Below are positions 41,017 through 42,988 of a stretch of 42,988 nt of DNA, in pieces; position 1 is the first letter of the stretch, and every line of letters begins with the position of its first letter. The notes below the pieces were generated by a model. It was not told the origin of the DNA, did no database searches, and was given only the letters and a program-made list of their open reading frames with translations. A program made the translations under genes and the position numbers. Origin of the DNA: Gemmatimonadales bacterium (GTDB lineage: Bacteria; Gemmatimonadota; Gemmatimonadetes; Gemmatimonadales; GWC2-71-9); the NCBI GenBank assembly GCA_035710265.1, contig DASTDR010000472.1:1-42988 (forward strand). Direction: 5' to 3'.

Positions 41017-41793
41017 TCACCGGTGGCTGTCGGCGTGCAGCCCCGGTTGGACGGTGCCGGCCACGTATAGCGTCCACGGCGCGATTGTCTTCTCACTAAC
41101 CCACTCGATCGGTTCTGCGCCCGTTGCCAGCGGGCTCGCGGCCTCGACGACGCTGAACCCAGCCTGTCCAAACAAGGCTCGGTAGTGCGCATCGCCGCAC
41201 ACGACGTCCTCGACCGGACGATGATCAGCGACATCCCGCATCACGATCCGGACTGTGTCACCATCGCACGCCTTGCGATTCTCCGGGTAGTCGCGCGTGC
41301 TGAAGGACGCCCACTCGTTTACGTAGATCGCAGGAGAGGACACGATGACGATGAGACGACCGCCGGGCGCCAGCAACTGTCTCAGCGCGCGCAGGGCTTG
41401 AGCCTTCGCGGCGTCAGTCGGAATATTGTCGAACGTGAACGCGGCGAGTATCAGATCGAACGAGCCGGCGCCGAGATCGATGAGGTTCTCCGCAGTGACT
41501 AGGCGATAGTCGCCATCCGCATCGATGGCGCGCGCTTGCTCCAACATGGGCGGGGCGATGTCCACCCCGATCGCGTGGAAGCCATGGCGCTGCAGGAATC
41601 GCGTGGAGCGGCCGGTGCCGCAACCGAAGTCGAGCGCACGACGACCACGCACATGTTGCTGGAACAGCGCCGGCAAATCCCGGAACGCGAGGTAGTACGT
41701 GCCAGGAAAGCCCAGCTGGGAGTAGGCGCGGGCGCGCTGGACATCGTTGTAAACGTTACTGAGGCTCCGGTCCATCGGCTCCTTGTCTGGCAC
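41017..41793 (-). CDS. class I SAM-dependent methyltransferase
   Basis: Motif I RALDFGCGTGRST, motif II-like HAIGVDIAPPML, post-I acidic residues, FDLILAAFTFDNIP. Confidence 0.8.
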   Translation of the reverse strand: MPDKEPMDRSLSNVYNDVQRARAYSQLGFPGTYYLAFRDLPALFQQHVRGRRALDFGCGTGRSTRFLQRHGFHAIGVDIAPPMLEQARAIDADGDYRLVTAENLIDLGAGSFDLILAAFTFDNIPTDAAKAQALRALRQLLAPGGRLIVIVSSPAIYVNEWASFSTRDYPENRKACDGDTVRIVMRDVADHRPVEDVVCGDAHYRALFGQAGFSVVEAASPLATGAEPIEWVSEKTIAPWTLYVAGTVQPGLHADSHR

Positions 41794-42053
41794 AAGGGGG
41801 ACAAGTAGCTATCGGCTAGTAGCCATGGGCGAGGTCGTTGATTGTTGTCGCCCTCTCCAGCAGCCCGACCCAGCGGGTGGTGAACACCCCGTCCTCGAAG
41901 AAGCTGGTGAGATCGCGCGCCGCGGTTCGGCTGGCAAAGGCCACGAAATCTCGCGTCGTGCCGCCATTGACGAAGTTCGAACGTGACGGTTGGAAGCGAG
42001 ACGATGACGCGATCTTCACAGGACGCCCTTCAGGGTGGAGCCGGAGGAGCTAG

Positions 42054-42125
<72 letters not shown>

Positions 42126-42127
42126 GG

Positions 42128-42988
42128 TTATGCAGGGCTTGAACTTACCTGATCCGAAGCCACGGGTGAACCCTTGGACTGTGCCGCAACTGTGCCATTG
42201 TACCGCTTGGCCACGGCCGCGGCGAGATCGGCGTCGTTGACGATGTTGTAGCGGTCGAACATGGCCCGCGTTTTCCATCCGCACAGGGCCATGATCGTAC
42301 CCTCGTCCACGCCCGCTGTACGGAAATCCCGCGCTGCGGTGCGCCGCAGATCGTGGATCAGGCGTCCCTCGCAACCAGCCCGCTTCGTAGCCGCCTGCCA
42401 CTTATGCACCAGGGTTGTGTAAGCGATGGGCTTGCCGTTCCGCTGGAACACGAATTCACCGTCGCGGCCCTGCCACGCGGCCTCCAACACGCTCTTCAAG
42501 TCCGGGGCCAGGCCGAAGGGGAACAGCCGCGCTTTCTTTCCCTTGGTCTGGCGGGCGGACAGCCGAATCCCTTGACGCTCCCAATCAACCCGGTCCCACG
42601 TCAGCCCGAGCGCCTCCATGACACGCCAGCCCGTGACACGAAGCAATCGAATCACCGGCTGCAAGTGAGCGGGTAGCTCCAGGAGCACGGCGGCGAAGTC
42701 GTCATCCTCGAAGAACCCCTCGCGCGCATTCTCTACCTTCGCGAGCTTGATCTTCGGCGCGGTCGCGAGGATGCCCTTGTCGATGGCAAGATTGAACGCG
42801 CGCCGCAGCGCCGACAGCTCATTGTTCACCGTTTGCCGAGCGGCGCCGCTCTGAAGCCGTGCCCTGGCGTACTCGTCAAGCCGAACGGCAGTCACGGTCG
42901 TCACTCGCGTCGGCACCGGAAAGAATTCCTCGATGTGATGCCAAGCCTGCTGCATCCGCTCCTTGGAGCGCAGCTCATCGAGATCATA
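42128..42988 (-). CDS. tyrosine recombinase / phage-type integrase (N-terminus beyond the window edge)
   Basis: The frame is open to the window end. Catalytic region RLLRVTGWRVMEALGL...LIHDLRRTAARDF...GWKTRAMFDRYNIV (R...HxxR...Y). Confidence 0.85.
   Translation of the reverse strand, partial: YDLDELRSKERMQQAWHHIEEFFPVPTRVTTVTAVRLDEYARARLQSGAARQTVNNELSALRRAFNLAIDKGILATAPKIKLAKVENAREGFFEDDDFAAVLLELPAHLQPVIRLLRVTGWRVMEALGLTWDRVDWERQGIRLSARQTKGKKARLFPFGLAPDLKSVLEAAWQGRDGEFVFQRNGKPIAYTTLVHKWQAATKRAGCEGRLIHDLRRTAARDFRTAGVDEGTIMALCGWKTRAMFDRYNIVNDADLAAAVAKRYNGTVAAQSKGSPVASDQVSSSPA

Noticed and set aside
41794-42053. Small ORFs next to the tRNA 3' end (41816-42019 minus, 41838-42053 plus, 41783-41986 plus), considered as possible integrase or excisionase remnants.
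   Set aside because: None shows recombinase, Xis or HTH motifs that I can recognise. They overlap one another in different frames. Left unannotated pending a similarity search.

Overview
This is a high-GC (roughly 68-72% by eye) bacterial chromosomal segment. Most of it is one large aerobic/denitrifying respiration neighbourhood. The last ~6 kb is a lower-GC (~58%) mosaic that ends in tRNA-Cys and a tyrosine recombinase. Taxonomy is only a guess: Gemmatimonadota-like or another high-GC diderm.

Gene order, left to right:
- A partial cytochrome c and a dienelactone-hydrolase-like gene.
- An L,D-transpeptidase operon.
- A cytochrome b / ferredoxin / MvhD fusion operon, divergent from the next operon.
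- An Rrf2-headed operon: Rrf2 regulator, small TM protein, CuA subunit II, a heme-copper oxidase (HCO) subunit I that lacks the cross-link tyrosine, SCO, and heme O synthase.
- An ADP-forming acyl-CoA synthetase coupled to a TPCP-motif P1B ATPase.
- A single-domain globin.
- A canonical ba3-type (B-family) oxidase operon cbaDBA, in line with one response regulator and two histidine kinases.
- nirK.
- A nine-gene clade II nos operon: cytochrome c, nosZ, nosB, nosD, nosF, nosY, a ZIP transporter and two paralogous 4-TM proteins. No nosL is present.
- SulP, a beta-lactamase-fold hydrolase, an OmpA/TSP3 protein, a large low-complexity secreted protein and a triad-less SGNH-fold protein.
- A low-GC block, a tRNA-Cys 3' fragment, 2.9 kb of cargo, an intact tRNA-Cys and an integrase cut by the window edge.

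Within operons, most gene junctions are 1-4 nt overlaps (ATGA, GTGA, TAATG), which indicates translational coupling. I found no rRNA and no CRISPR array.

Most interesting candidates:
1. The tyrosine-less HCO operon under an NsrR-like regulator, a possible non-canonical NO reductase. No norB/norC/qNor is visible, although nirK and nosZ are present.
2. The divergent cytochrome b-FeS-MvhD fusion, which shares an AT-rich palindromic operator with that operon.
3. The unusual ZIP + 2x 4-TM tail of the nos operon.

All functional calls rest on motif recognition by eye. No database search was run.
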